From positions 17,783 through 81,782 of the forward strand of contig CAYWEW010000001.1 of the NCBI GenBank assembly GCA_964457775.1: a stretch of 64,000 nucleotides of DNA, written 5' to 3'. The notes under the pieces are model-generated. The model was not told the origin of the DNA, searched no databases, and saw nothing but the letters and a program-made list of their open reading frames with translations. The translations under genes and the position numbers were made by a program. Shown here piece by piece: positions 28,616 to 36,703 of the stretch (position 1 is the stretch's first letter; each line of letters opens with the position of its first letter). This DNA is from an uncultured Candidatus Saccharibacteria bacterium. Lineage in GTDB: Bacteria > Patescibacteriota > Minisyncoccia > Phycocordibacterales > UBA5272.

Positions 28616-29416
28616 TTACTTCTGCTGATAGGTAACTTGGTCAATTTCAACCCTTCCACCACCACCAACACGGCCGATCCAGACGCTTTCCGACTCCCCT
28701 TGTTTCGGAGAAATAATCGAGAAAGTGGCACAGAACGGGGGCCTTCCCTCTCCGTTGCCGGAGGAGAAGATGCACCTGCCAGGATTTTGCTGGGTGGCAG
28801 TGTTTTCGCGCCAATACCAAACGGCATCAGAGCGAGAAACGTGACCAGTAACTACGGGTGGAACGACGGCGGGTATGACTGGTGCAGAAGCTGTGGCTGG
28901 AATCACTGGTTTTTTTGGTTTTTCCGCCTTCGGTTTACTGGTCGGCTTTTTGGGAGTCACCGGAGCAACTACCACCTTGTCTTCCATGTTCGGCTTTTGG
29001 ACCTCACTTGTAGGACAAGCAACTTCACACTTCTTCGCCAAGGCGATTAGTGCTTGGTCAGCCTTCTTTTCAACCGAAGCAAGACCGTTCTTGACCCCCG
29101 CAACCTCGCTGTTATCAGCTTTGGTAAACCAGAGAACAGTTCCAGTAATCAGAGCAAGACCAATCGCAAGCAAACTGCACCAGGAGCAACCTTTGTTGTT
29201 CTTAGGTGAATCGCCACCGGATGACGGAGGAGGTGTGTCACCACCAAGTCCGTTTTCCCTGAAAGACTTTTCAGCCTTTCTGGCGGCGTCCGAAGCTTCT
29301 TTCGACGCGGCGTCAGCTGCTTTTTTGGCGGCTGCGGCGGAAACTGCTTTCTGTGCTGCTTTTTCCATTTCCTCCGCAGCAATGCGGAGGCCTTCAGGTG
29401 TGATCTTCTTGGTCAT
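28616..29416 (-). CDS. Hypothetical bitopic membrane protein with N-terminal Ala/Lys-rich coiled coil; GC-rich gene
   Basis: 266 aa. Strong RBS (aaggaggtcatcATG), cytoplasmic AAEEMEKAAQKAVSAAAAKKAADAASK, one TM (CSLLAIGLALITGTVLWF), Pro/Lys-rich extracellular part. The gene is about 55% GC against about 35% background. Confidence 0.55.
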   Translation of the reverse strand: MTKKITPEGLRIAAEEMEKAAQKAVSAAAAKKAADAASKEASDAARKAEKSFRENGLGGDTPPPSSGGDSPKNNKGCSWCSLLAIGLALITGTVLWFTKADNSEVAGVKNGLASVEKKADQALIALAKKCEVACPTSEVQKPNMEDKVVVAPVTPKKPTSKPKAEKPKKPVIPATASAPVIPAVVPPVVTGHVSRSDAVWYWRENTATQQNPGRCIFSSGNGEGRPPFCATFSIISPKQGESESVWIGRVGGGGRVEIDQVTYQQK

Positions 29417-29556
29417 GATGACCTCCTTTAAATTGATTTTTCAAAATATCATTAACGACTGAATTTACCTGTCGATGACTCTGTGGATGATTATATCATA
29501 TTATTATTAAAAAGTCAAGCTTTACATCTACGAAAAGTACTGCATTATTTCAAAAT

Positions 29557-29592
29557 AAAAACCCCTCTAATCTTTCGATTTGAGGGGTTTGT
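29557..29592. terminator. Terminator hairpin downstream of the lipoprotein gene
   Basis: aaaaacccctc-taatctttcgattt-gaggggttt. Confidence 0.5.
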
Positions 29593-29610
29593 TGGGAGTG
29601 CCGGATTCGA

Positions 29611-30267
29611 CTACTCCCCTTTGTGAGGATCGTCCGGCAGCATGCAGACCATGTTGCCGTCTTGCGGATGACCTTGCCATGCGAGCTTAGCCCAGACTTT
29701 GCCATCCTTACAGCGCGATGGAACTGCACTTGCAACCTTTTCGGGTTGGGTACTGTTGCCAGCGCGATGCGAGTCGTCCGGTGCCATGCAGACCATGTTG
29801 CCGTCTTGCGGATGACCTGGCCATGCGAGCTTAGCCCAGACTTTTCCATCACTACAACGGTTCTGCGGTTGGGTCATGACTTGTTGGACTTGTTGTTGTT
29901 CGCTTTCGCAGTATTTGTTACCTGCGAATGCTCCGACAAGCCCACCGATGATGGCACCGATTCCACGGTTTTCCTCACCACCAATCAGTGCACCACCTAC
30001 AGCACCAGCTGCACCGCCGACAAGTTCACACTTACCGATGTTGGCTCCTGCCTGCATCACTGGTGCAAAATTCCCTTGCGGTTGCGTAATCAGGCGCCCA
30101 TCCCAGCATTCCTGAGGTTGGCCGAGTTTTTGTGGTGCAGGAACGCACCCTGGAGGAAGACGATACGAGTTATTCGCACCGACTCCCATACCCATGCCAC
30201 CTGTTGCACATCCTCCGAGGAGGAGTGTGGCAACAGCGAGAAGTACTGCAAACAGTTTGTTTTTCAT
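29611..30267 (-). CDS. Lipoprotein with glycine-zipper (SlyB / 17-kDa-antigen-like) segment and two tandem 45-aa Cys-containing repeats; GC-rich
   Basis: Signal plus lipobox-like LLLGGC. Glycine zipper VGGAAGAVGGALIGG...GAIIGGLVGAFAG. Repeats C(S/K)DGKVWAKLAW(P/Q)GHPQDGNMVCM(A/L)PDD. Confidence 0.6.
   Translation of the reverse strand: MKNKLFAVLLAVATLLLGGCATGGMGMGVGANNSYRLPPGCVPAPQKLGQPQECWDGRLITQPQGNFAPVMQAGANIGKCELVGGAAGAVGGALIGGEENRGIGAIIGGLVGAFAGNKYCESEQQQVQQVMTQPQNRCSDGKVWAKLAWPGHPQDGNMVCMAPDDSHRAGNSTQPEKVASAVPSRCKDGKVWAKLAWQGHPQDGNMVCMLPDDPHKGE
29636..29905. repeat. Two tandem 135-bp repeats inside the lipoprotein gene
   Basis: cgtccggcagcatgcagaccatgttgccgtcttgcggatgacc... at 29641 and again at 29775 (about 90% identity). 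Confidence 0.7.
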
Positions 30268-30381
30268 GACTTTCTCCTGTAATTAGAATCAATGAGCAGA
30301 TCTCATTTGATTGGAATGATTTCCAACCTACTGAGCTGTATATAGTATACATGTTTTATGGATTTTGTCAAGCTAAATTAT

Positions 30382-30410
30382 TTGACAAATGTACTATACT
30401 ATAGTATATT
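30382..30410 (+). promoter_or_regulatory. Sigma70-type promoter TTGACA-17-TATATT
   Basis: ttgacaaatgtactatactatagtatatt; RBS aaaaggag and ATG 30454 follow. Confidence 0.5.
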
Positions 30411-30453
30411 ATATTTGTTCTTTTCCATACGACGATAAAAAGGAGCCTCTAAA

Positions 30454-30651
30454 ATGGTCCACCCAGTACTGAAAAAAGCGATAGTTGACGGCAGAAAGAG
30501 TGAACTCGAGATTCTCGCAACCCAGTTTCACGAGCAACTCAGCCTACGTGATACTGGAGCAACAGCAAAGATCACCTACAAAGCAATCAAGACTCTGGCG
30601 ACTCCAGAAGAAGTGATTGAAATTCTAGAAAATGAATTCAATTTAGTGTAA
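30454..30651 (+). CDS. Small hypothetical protein (65 aa) with strong promoter, RBS and terminator
   Basis: MVHPVLKKAIVDGRKSELEILATQFHEQLSLRDTGATAKITYKAIKTLATPEEVIEILENEFNLV. Confidence 0.45.
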   Translation: MVHPVLKKAIVDGRKSELEILATQFHEQLSLRDTGATAKITYKAIKTLATPEEVIEILENEFNLV

Positions 30652-30661
30652 ACCACAAACA

Positions 30662-30690
30662 TCAACCCCCGACTAGTTCGGGGGATTTAT
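30662..30690 (+). terminator. Terminator hairpin
   Basis: atcaacccccgac-tagt-tcgggggattt. Confidence 0.55.
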
Positions 30691-30751
30691 ATATGTTGTT
30701 TGTTAAAATTTTTTGACAAATTATATAAAGGTTTTATTAAAAATGACTAAA

Positions 30752-30785
30752 AGTGACCCTGTAAGGGGTCACTTTTTTTAAACAC
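30752..30785 (+). terminator. Second terminator hairpin with T-tract
   Basis: aaaagtgaccc-tgtaa-ggggtcacttttttt. Confidence 0.55.
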
Positions 30786-30814
30786 AGAATCCTGAAAACT
30801 TAAGATTTTAGATG

Positions 30815-30897
30815 CAGTACGAGGAGCATAGGAATTTTTCGAGGAAGTCGTACAAATAGTACGACGACTAAGAAAAATTCCGTAGCGACAAAGTAAT
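30815..30897. repeat. Copy a of a ~85-nt structured intergenic repeat family (four copies in the window)
   Basis: acgaggagcataGGAATTTTTCgaggaaGTCGTACaaataGTACGACgactaaGAAAAATTCCgtagcgacaaagta. Outer 10-bp stem encloses an inner 7-bp hairpin. Ends 19 nt after the rplE stop. Confidence 0.6.
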
Positions 30898-30915
30898 GCG
30901 CTAAAATATTAAGTT

Positions 30916-31470
30916 TTATGCTTTTTTGAACGGGATGCCGAGTAGTTCAAAGAATCGAGTCGCCTCCTCTTTTGTCTTTGCCGTTGTTCCAAGAGTAATA
31001 GCCATACCGAACACATCCTTTAATTCTTCATCGTGAATTTCTGGGAAGATAGTATGTTCCTTGATGCCAAATGTCATATTACCAATATTGTCTACTGATG
31101 TACGATTAAGACCACGGAAGTCCTTTGTACGTGGAAGTGAAACATTGAGTACCTTATCCAAGAAACCAAACATGCGAGCACCGCGAAGTGTTACTGCAAC
31201 ACCGATTGGATCCCCTTCACGAGTTTTGAATGACGCAACTGACATCTTCGCTTTACGAATAGTTGCCTTTTGTCCTGTAATCTTTGAAAGACGATCGAGA
31301 ACTAAGTCGTTAAATTTTTTATCACGCTTCATTGCTGAGCCCGTAGCTACAGAAATGTTAACCTTAACAAGTCTTGGGGCTGCCATTATATTCTTATAAC
31401 CAAATTCTTTTGCAAGAACTGTATACGCTTGCTTTTGCTTATCTTGTACACTCATTATTTTTTCTGCCAT
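30916..31470 (-). CDS. rplE: 50S ribosomal protein L5, detached from the rest of the cluster
   Basis: 184 aa, L5 motifs (MAAPRLVKVNISVATGSA..., GVAVTLRGARMFGFLDKV). Confidence 0.9.
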   Translation of the reverse strand: MAEKIMSVQDKQKQAYTVLAKEFGYKNIMAAPRLVKVNISVATGSAMKRDKKFNDLVLDRLSKITGQKATIRKAKMSVASFKTREGDPIGVAVTLRGARMFGFLDKVLNVSLPRTKDFRGLNRTSVDNIGNMTFGIKEHTIFPEIHDEELKDVFGMAITLGTTAKTKEEATRFFELLGIPFKKA

Positions 31471-31647
31471 ATATTTATTCTAAGCACGATTGGTCCTTGA
31501 GGATATACCTTTCCGGACGTTATACGTCGCTTATTTGTAGAAATTTTCCTTTCTACATTACTGTTAGTAGACTTATACTCTACTACAAAATGGACTATTT
31601 GTAAACAACAAAAATCGACCACTTTTGCTATTTAAATATGCATTATT

Positions 31648-32097
31648 TTATTTCTTTTGAGCTTTCTTAATAACCCCCAACCTAAACTCTGAATATATAG
31701 CATATCTATTAGCAAAAAATGGATTCTCTTTTTCCAATATCTTATATGCAAAAGAAACAATTTCTTTAGTTGAAACATATTTACTTCTTAATTTCATAAT
31801 TTCATCAATTATTTCTCTAGTTAATCTCTTAGCCTTAGCTGCATCGTCTCCCTGGTCACGAATTTTTCCCCCTATTACTGCATTAAAAATAGAAACAAAA
31901 AGCTTTTCATAAACGAATTTCTTTCGGACTAAATTCCTTTTAACAACAAACAATGAGTCGTGTGAGAAATATTCTGTTGTTGTATATATTTCTCCACATT
32001 TCAAACACTTTCTTCTCCGCCAAACCCCTACCTCATCAGTTGTTTTTCGAGAATTAATGACTTCAGTTTTTATACTTTTACAAAATGGACATTTCAT
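31648..32097 (-). CDS. nrdR: Transcriptional repressor NrdR (zinc ribbon + ATP-cone)
   Basis: MKCPFCKS...TEVINSRKT...RRRKCLKCGEIYTTTE N-terminal zinc ribbon; 149 aa. Confidence 0.85.
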   Translation of the reverse strand: MKCPFCKSIKTEVINSRKTTDEVGVWRRRKCLKCGEIYTTTEYFSHDSLFVVKRNLVRKKFVYEKLFVSIFNAVIGGKIRDQGDDAAKAKRLTREIIDEIMKLRSKYVSTKEIVSFAYKILEKENPFFANRYAIYSEFRLGVIKKAQKK

Positions 32098-32226
32098 GTA
32101 TACATATTGTCATAAAAATATATAAATATCAATAGATATGTATACATACAGCCATATCAATTATTTTGATAACAAATACACTGATATGTGTAGTTCTTTT
32201 ATTAATCACAAATAAGGAGAATCAAA

Positions 32227-33318
32227 ATGAATAAAGATATTAAAAGAATCGTCATCACTGGTGGCCCCTGCTCTGGTAAAACTACAGGCATGAGCTATCT
32301 TTCACAAAAACTTTCCGACTTAGGTTATCATGTTATTGTTGTCCCGGAATATGCAACTGAAGTCATAAATGGAGGTGTTACCCCTAGTAAAAATATTTCT
32401 ATTTATGACTTTCAAGAAAACATCGTTCTTGGCCAAATAGAAAGAGAAAAACGTTATCTTTCTTTTGCAAAATGTCTTGAAAGTGAAAAAGTTATTATTA
32501 TTTTCGACCGTGGGACCCTTGATTCGAAAGCGTATATCGATGAAGAATCTTGGTTAGTGATGTTGGAAGAAAATAGTTTAAATGAAGTCAAACTTCGTGA
32601 TGAAAGTTATGACGCGGTTATTCATATGCGTACTGTTGCATTAGGTAAAGAAGAGTTTTATACCAAATTGAACAACAGCGCTAGATTTGAAAATCCAGAA
32701 GAAGCAAGAGTGGCTGACGAAAAAACTTTATCCTCATGGATTGGACACACACATCTACGTGTTATTGATAATCGTGATGATTTTTCTTCCAAAATACATC
32801 GAGTTCTTGCTGAAGTACTTCATGTGCTAGGTGAGCCAATACCTCTTGAGATTGAAAGGAAATACTTGGTGAATGAATCTTTTGATTGGAAAAATATTCC
32901 TGTCGCCTACCAAGAAATAGATATTGAGCAAGCATACTTGGTCATAGGTGGAAGAATCAGAAAAAGAGGTCAAGGTGATGTCTTTATTTATACCGAGACC
33001 CATAAAGAAGACATTGGTGGAAGTTTCATTCGCACTGAAGTTGAGAAGAGGATTTCTTCTCGTGAATATCACGATAAGTTAAAAAATATTGTCCCTGGAA
33101 GTAGTATTATCAAGAAAAAAAGAATTTGCTTTGTCTATAATGAGCAATACTTTGAACTTGATTACTTCATCGATATAAAACAAAATCCTTATCTTGAAAT
33201 AGAACTCACCGACAAAAATCACGAAATTAATCTTCCTCCTTGGATTCCAGTTATTAGGGATGTGACGGAAGAAGTGGGTTTTAGTAATCGTGAACTTGCT
33301 CTTAAGTCTTGTGGTTAA
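32227..33318 (+). CDS. Fusion protein: N-terminal P-loop NTPase (AAA_28/NadR-like) + C-terminal CYTH (triphosphate tunnel metalloenzyme) domain
   Basis: Walker A ITGGPCSGKTT and Walker-B-like IIIFDRGTLD in the first ~190 aa. The second half begins with the CYTH signature IEIERKYLV. Confidence 0.55.
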   Translation: MNKDIKRIVITGGPCSGKTTGMSYLSQKLSDLGYHVIVVPEYATEVINGGVTPSKNISIYDFQENIVLGQIEREKRYLSFAKCLESEKVIIIFDRGTLDSKAYIDEESWLVMLEENSLNEVKLRDESYDAVIHMRTVALGKEEFYTKLNNSARFENPEEARVADEKTLSSWIGHTHLRVIDNRDDFSSKIHRVLAEVLHVLGEPIPLEIERKYLVNESFDWKNIPVAYQEIDIEQAYLVIGGRIRKRGQGDVFIYTETHKEDIGGSFIRTEVEKRISSREYHDKLKNIVPGSSIIKKKRICFVYNEQYFELDYFIDIKQNPYLEIELTDKNHEINLPPWIPVIRDVTEEVGFSNRELALKSCG

Positions 33319-33323
33319 AACTA

Positions 33324-33351
33324 AAAAACGGACACTTAGGTGTCCGTTTTT
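33324..33351 (+). terminator. Terminator hairpin
   Basis: aaaaaacggacac-ttag-gtgtccgtttttg. Confidence 0.55.
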
Positions 33352-33522
33352 GATCAGCAAATTATAAATCACCAAATTTATTTCATGGAAGAAGCTTTAC
33401 TATAAAATATTCTGCTTTCTTTAGTTATTTAAGAATGACTTACAATCAAAATTATACGTGATTTTTTACTTAACTATCGTTTTGTAAAAACATATTATAA
33501 TAATTGTTATATTAAAAATAAA

Positions 33523-34425
33523 TTAACCTCCACCACTACCTCCACCAACATCGCCAGGACCTTCATAATTAGGATCTCCTAATATTATTAAATCAAAAAA
33601 ACTATCAGACATTCCTTGGTGTGTATTTACCCCAGATTTTATACTAGTTACACCATCCGCTTTATCTCCAGAACCCCTAGGAGAATAAAATCCATGATTA
33701 TAGTATTTCATATACCAAGAATAGCTGCCTGCTCTAGGGTCTAAAACTTTCCAAACACGAGCTGGACCAGCCCCACCCCCACAAGCATTCATGTCATTTG
33801 CCCACATTACATAGCGAATTTTTTGGCCACAGTTTTGTGTTGTTGGTGGTTTAGTTTGTGTACATAAAGAATCTGATATGGTTTGCCCCAAAGAATTAAC
33901 ACAAGGGATGACTCTTGTTTGTGCTAATAATTGAGTGTAAGACTTTGTAACTCTTTGACCACAACCATCCGAACCGTTATAAACAATTTCATTATGAGTA
34001 GTAGTGTTCACGACTGTACTACATGACCCCCATGTAGCGGTAGTACTCCAACCAGCGTCACAAATAACGTTACCATTAATGTCTGTAATAAGACCAGCCT
34101 TACAATTAATAGGAAAACCTCCAGAAGAAACACTCTTAGAAACTTTTGAGTCCACATAACTCTTAGTAACCAAAGTAGAAGGATCATCTGCATCCTGTGT
34201 AAGAGCAGAGTATCCTTTATTCCCTCCTGTAATAGTAAAAGGGGATCTTACTTTAAAAGGTCCCAATTTTTCTTGTAAAACAGTACCTACGTTCACAGGG
34301 GCACTTACATTATTAGCTGGAGGTATTCCTGCTGGAGCCCCCGTCCATGCATAAGCAACAGTTCCAAGTACAACAGAAAGCACAAAAATAACTGATGCTT
34401 TATTAAAGGAATCTACTTTATTCAT
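33523..34425 (-). CDS. Secreted hypothetical protein, paralog 1 (300 aa), Gly-rich C-terminus
   Basis: N-terminus MNKVDSFNKASVIFVLSVVLGTVAYAWTGAPAGIPPANNV is shared with the neighbouring gene. Multiple Cys. Ends GDVGGGSGGG. Confidence 0.5.
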   Translation of the reverse strand: MNKVDSFNKASVIFVLSVVLGTVAYAWTGAPAGIPPANNVSAPVNVGTVLQEKLGPFKVRSPFTITGGNKGYSALTQDADDPSTLVTKSYVDSKVSKSVSSGGFPINCKAGLITDINGNVICDAGWSTTATWGSCSTVVNTTTHNEIVYNGSDGCGQRVTKSYTQLLAQTRVIPCVNSLGQTISDSLCTQTKPPTTQNCGQKIRYVMWANDMNACGGGAGPARVWKVLDPRAGSYSWYMKYYNHGFYSPRGSGDKADGVTSIKSGVNTHQGMSDSFFDLIILGDPNYEGPGDVGGGSGGG

Positions 34426-34631
34426 ATTATCTTAATTTTAATTGTTTTAAATTCTAATGTAAAGGAACAAAAGGTAAAAAGGACACCGCCATTTGTCGTT
34501 CTTGATCAGCAAATTATAAATCACCAAATTTATTTCACAGAAGAAGCTTTACTATAAAAATATTCTGCTTTCTTTTGGTCTTTCAAAAATTAATTTATAA
34601 TAAATGTTATATTTACTTTTTGTTACTTAAA

Positions 34632-35609
34632 TTAATAAGCTCCGTATAAATTGTAACAAACGTTCTTAACAGCTGTTGGATTTCCACATGCACCATATGC
34701 ATAACAACTTGCTACATATCCCATTTTTTGATCAGGTGTAGGTTTAGCTCTGTAACAATCAAAACATTCTCCAGAACCACCACAAATATCAGTACGAACC
34801 ACATAAGTATACAAATGTGTACAAACATCATTAAGAACATAATATTGTGCGCCACACACTGTACAATTTCTATTTGTATAAGAACCGCCAAGAACGCCAT
34901 TTGTACATAGGCGACTCTCACTAACAGAGGCGCAAGTTTGACCAGAAGTTACCGCAGTTGTTTGGTATGCTGTTACTGATTGACCACTTGAAACTGTTGT
35001 ATTCCAAGGAGATGGACACGACGCACCCGGCGTTACCGTACAATTTCTATTAGTATAAGACCCGCTTAGCACAGTATTAGTACATAGACGATTCTGACTT
35101 ACTGACTCACAAGTTTGACCATAAGGAACAGCAGCTGTTTGATATGTGGTTACTGATTGACCGCTAGCAATTGTGCCACCCCAAGGCACAGTACAGGATG
35201 TTGGACTCAAAACTTTACAAACAATATTACCATTAAAATCTGTACCTAGAACGTCACAACCCGAAAGAGCGCTAAAGTTAATACCATCTATACCACTTGT
35301 ACCAATACCTAAAGATGAGGTAGATGTCCAGGAAGCATTTCCTTCGGCATCAGAAGTTAATATTTTACCTTCTCCTGCACCCGGAGCAAAGTTAAAAGCA
35401 GTATATGCTTTTAATAAACCGTCTATACCAAGTGACCCTGCCTTAAGTTGAATTGTATTACCTACGTTTACTGGTGCGTCAACATTATTAGCAGGTGGTG
35501 TTCCTGCTGGTGCCCCTGTCCAAGCATAAGCAACAGTTCCAAGTACAACAGATAGCGCAAAAATAACTGATGCTTTATTAAAGGAATCTACCTTGACTGA
35601 TTTGTTCAT
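34632..35609 (-). CDS. Secreted hypothetical protein, paralog 2 (~325 aa), with internal ~55-aa Cys-containing repeat
   Basis: N-terminus MNKSVKVDSFNKASVIFALSVVLGTVAYAWTGAPAG. Repeats CT(V)PW..TxxSGQSVTxYQTxAVxxGQTCxSVSxxRLCTNxVLxGSYTNRNCTV x2. Start set at the internal ATG 35609. Confidence 0.5.
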   Translation of the reverse strand: MNKSVKVDSFNKASVIFALSVVLGTVAYAWTGAPAGTPPANNVDAPVNVGNTIQLKAGSLGIDGLLKAYTAFNFAPGAGEGKILTSDAEGNASWTSTSSLGIGTSGIDGINFSALSGCDVLGTDFNGNIVCKVLSPTSCTVPWGGTIASGQSVTTYQTAAVPYGQTCESVSQNRLCTNTVLSGSYTNRNCTVTPGASCPSPWNTTVSSGQSVTAYQTTAVTSGQTCASVSESRLCTNGVLGGSYTNRNCTVCGAQYYVLNDVCTHLYTYVVRTDICGGSGECFDCYRAKPTPDQKMGYVASCYAYGACGNPTAVKNVCYNLYGAY

Positions 35610-35660
35610 TATATAAGTATACCTTTTTCTGAGGTGTTTAGAAGTGTACAAGATAAATAA

Positions 35661-35687
35661 AAAACAGACACTTTCGTGTCTGATTTT
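35661..35687 (-). terminator. Terminator hairpin immediately downstream of rplX, ending the S10-to-L24 block
   Basis: aaaacagacac-tttc-gtgtctgatttt. Confidence 0.55.
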
Positions 35688-35727
35688 ATTTATCTTTCGA
35701 AAATTTATTCTAAAAACTCCCTATAAA

Positions 35728-35985
35728 CTATTTTACCTTCTTTTCTTTCTTAACTTCCTTTACTTTCTTTTCAGTTAATTTTACATTACTTGCGTCCATG
35801 GACATTGCAATTTCTACAATACCACCTTTCTCCCCTGCTTTCTTGGCCTTGATATGCTTCTTCATAAGGTTAACACCTTCAAGCACTACACGATTCTTCT
35901 CGCGTAACACAGATGTTACAACAGAAGACTTTCCTTTGTCCTTACCTGCTATCACTATTACTTTGTCTCCTTTTTTTACGTGCAT
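35728..35985 (-). CDS. rplX: 50S ribosomal protein L24
   Basis: MHVKKGDKVIVIAGKDKGK KOW motif, Lys-rich C-terminal tail. Confidence 0.85.
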   Translation of the reverse strand: MHVKKGDKVIVIAGKDKGKSSVVTSVLREKNRVVLEGVNLMKKHIKAKKAGEKGGIVEIAMSMDASNVKLTEKKVKEVKKEKKVK

Positions 35986-36001
35986 ATATTTATTATTAAA
36001 A

Positions 36002-36382
36002 TTAAATTATTTCAGGTGCTAGGGACGCAATCTTCTTATAACCTTCGATACCAGTTAATGAAAGTTCGCGTGGAATTGGACCGAAAACACGTCCTGCCTT
36101 AGGTTCCTTCTTTGTCTTATCAACAACAACAACTGCATTGTCATCAAAACAAATATATGAGCCATCAGAACGACGAACTTGCTTTGTTGTACGAACAACA
36201 ACACCATAAACGATATCCTTCTTCTTTACTTGCTTTCGAGGTTCTGCAACCTTAACAGAAAGTACAACCAAATCACCAATCGATGCATAGCGACGCTTTG
36301 AACCACCGAGAACTTTGAAAACACGGCCAAATTTTCCGCCTGAGTTATCTGTTATCTTTACATTTGTGCCTGCTTGTATCAT
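36002..36382 (-). CDS. rplN: 50S ribosomal protein L14
   Basis: MIQAGTNVKITDNSGGKFGRVFKVLGG... Confidence 0.9.
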   Translation of the reverse strand: MIQAGTNVKITDNSGGKFGRVFKVLGGSKRRYASIGDLVVLSVKVAEPRKQVKKKDIVYGVVVRTTKQVRRSDGSYICFDDNAVVVVDKTKKEPKAGRVFGPIPRELSLTGIEGYKKIASLAPEII

Positions 36383-36414
36383 ATATTTCTGTTTAGATTG
36401 CTAATAAATTATTT

Positions 36415-36690
36415 TTACTTACTGTTTTCTTTGTAACCAAGAACTGTAAAATTCTTATCCTTTGAAAGTGGACGACATTCTTCAATAATTACATTGTCCC
36501 CTATTTTGTAAGTATTGTTTTCATCGTGAGCCTTGTAACGCTTATCGATTTTGAAATACTTTCCGTATTTTTTGTGAGCAACGTAACGGTTTACGTTTAC
36601 AACAACAGTCTTATCCATCTTGTCAGATACAACTTTACCAGTAAGTTTCTTTGGTGATGTTGTTGTTGGTTTTGTTTGAGTAGTTTTCAT
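36415..36690 (-). CDS. rpsQ: 30S ribosomal protein S17
   Basis: LTGKVVSDKMDKTVVVNVNRYVAHKKYGKYFK matches the S17 core. Start set at ATG 36690 (the TTG at 36717 would overlap rplP). Confidence 0.85.
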   Translation of the reverse strand: MKTTQTKPTTTSPKKLTGKVVSDKMDKTVVVNVNRYVAHKKYGKYFKIDKRYKAHDENNTYKIGDNVIIEECRPLSKDKNFTVLGYKENSK

Positions 36691-36703
36691 ATATTTAAAA
36701 TAA

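Noticed and set aside
28610-30282. Plus-strand ORFs 28610-29050, 28875-29462, 29623-30282 and 29876-30115 in the GC-rich islet
   Set aside because: High GC generates long antisense ORFs. The minus-strand genes have strong SD sequences, signal/TM features, tandem in-frame repeats and terminators, so the plus-strand frames are taken as spurious.
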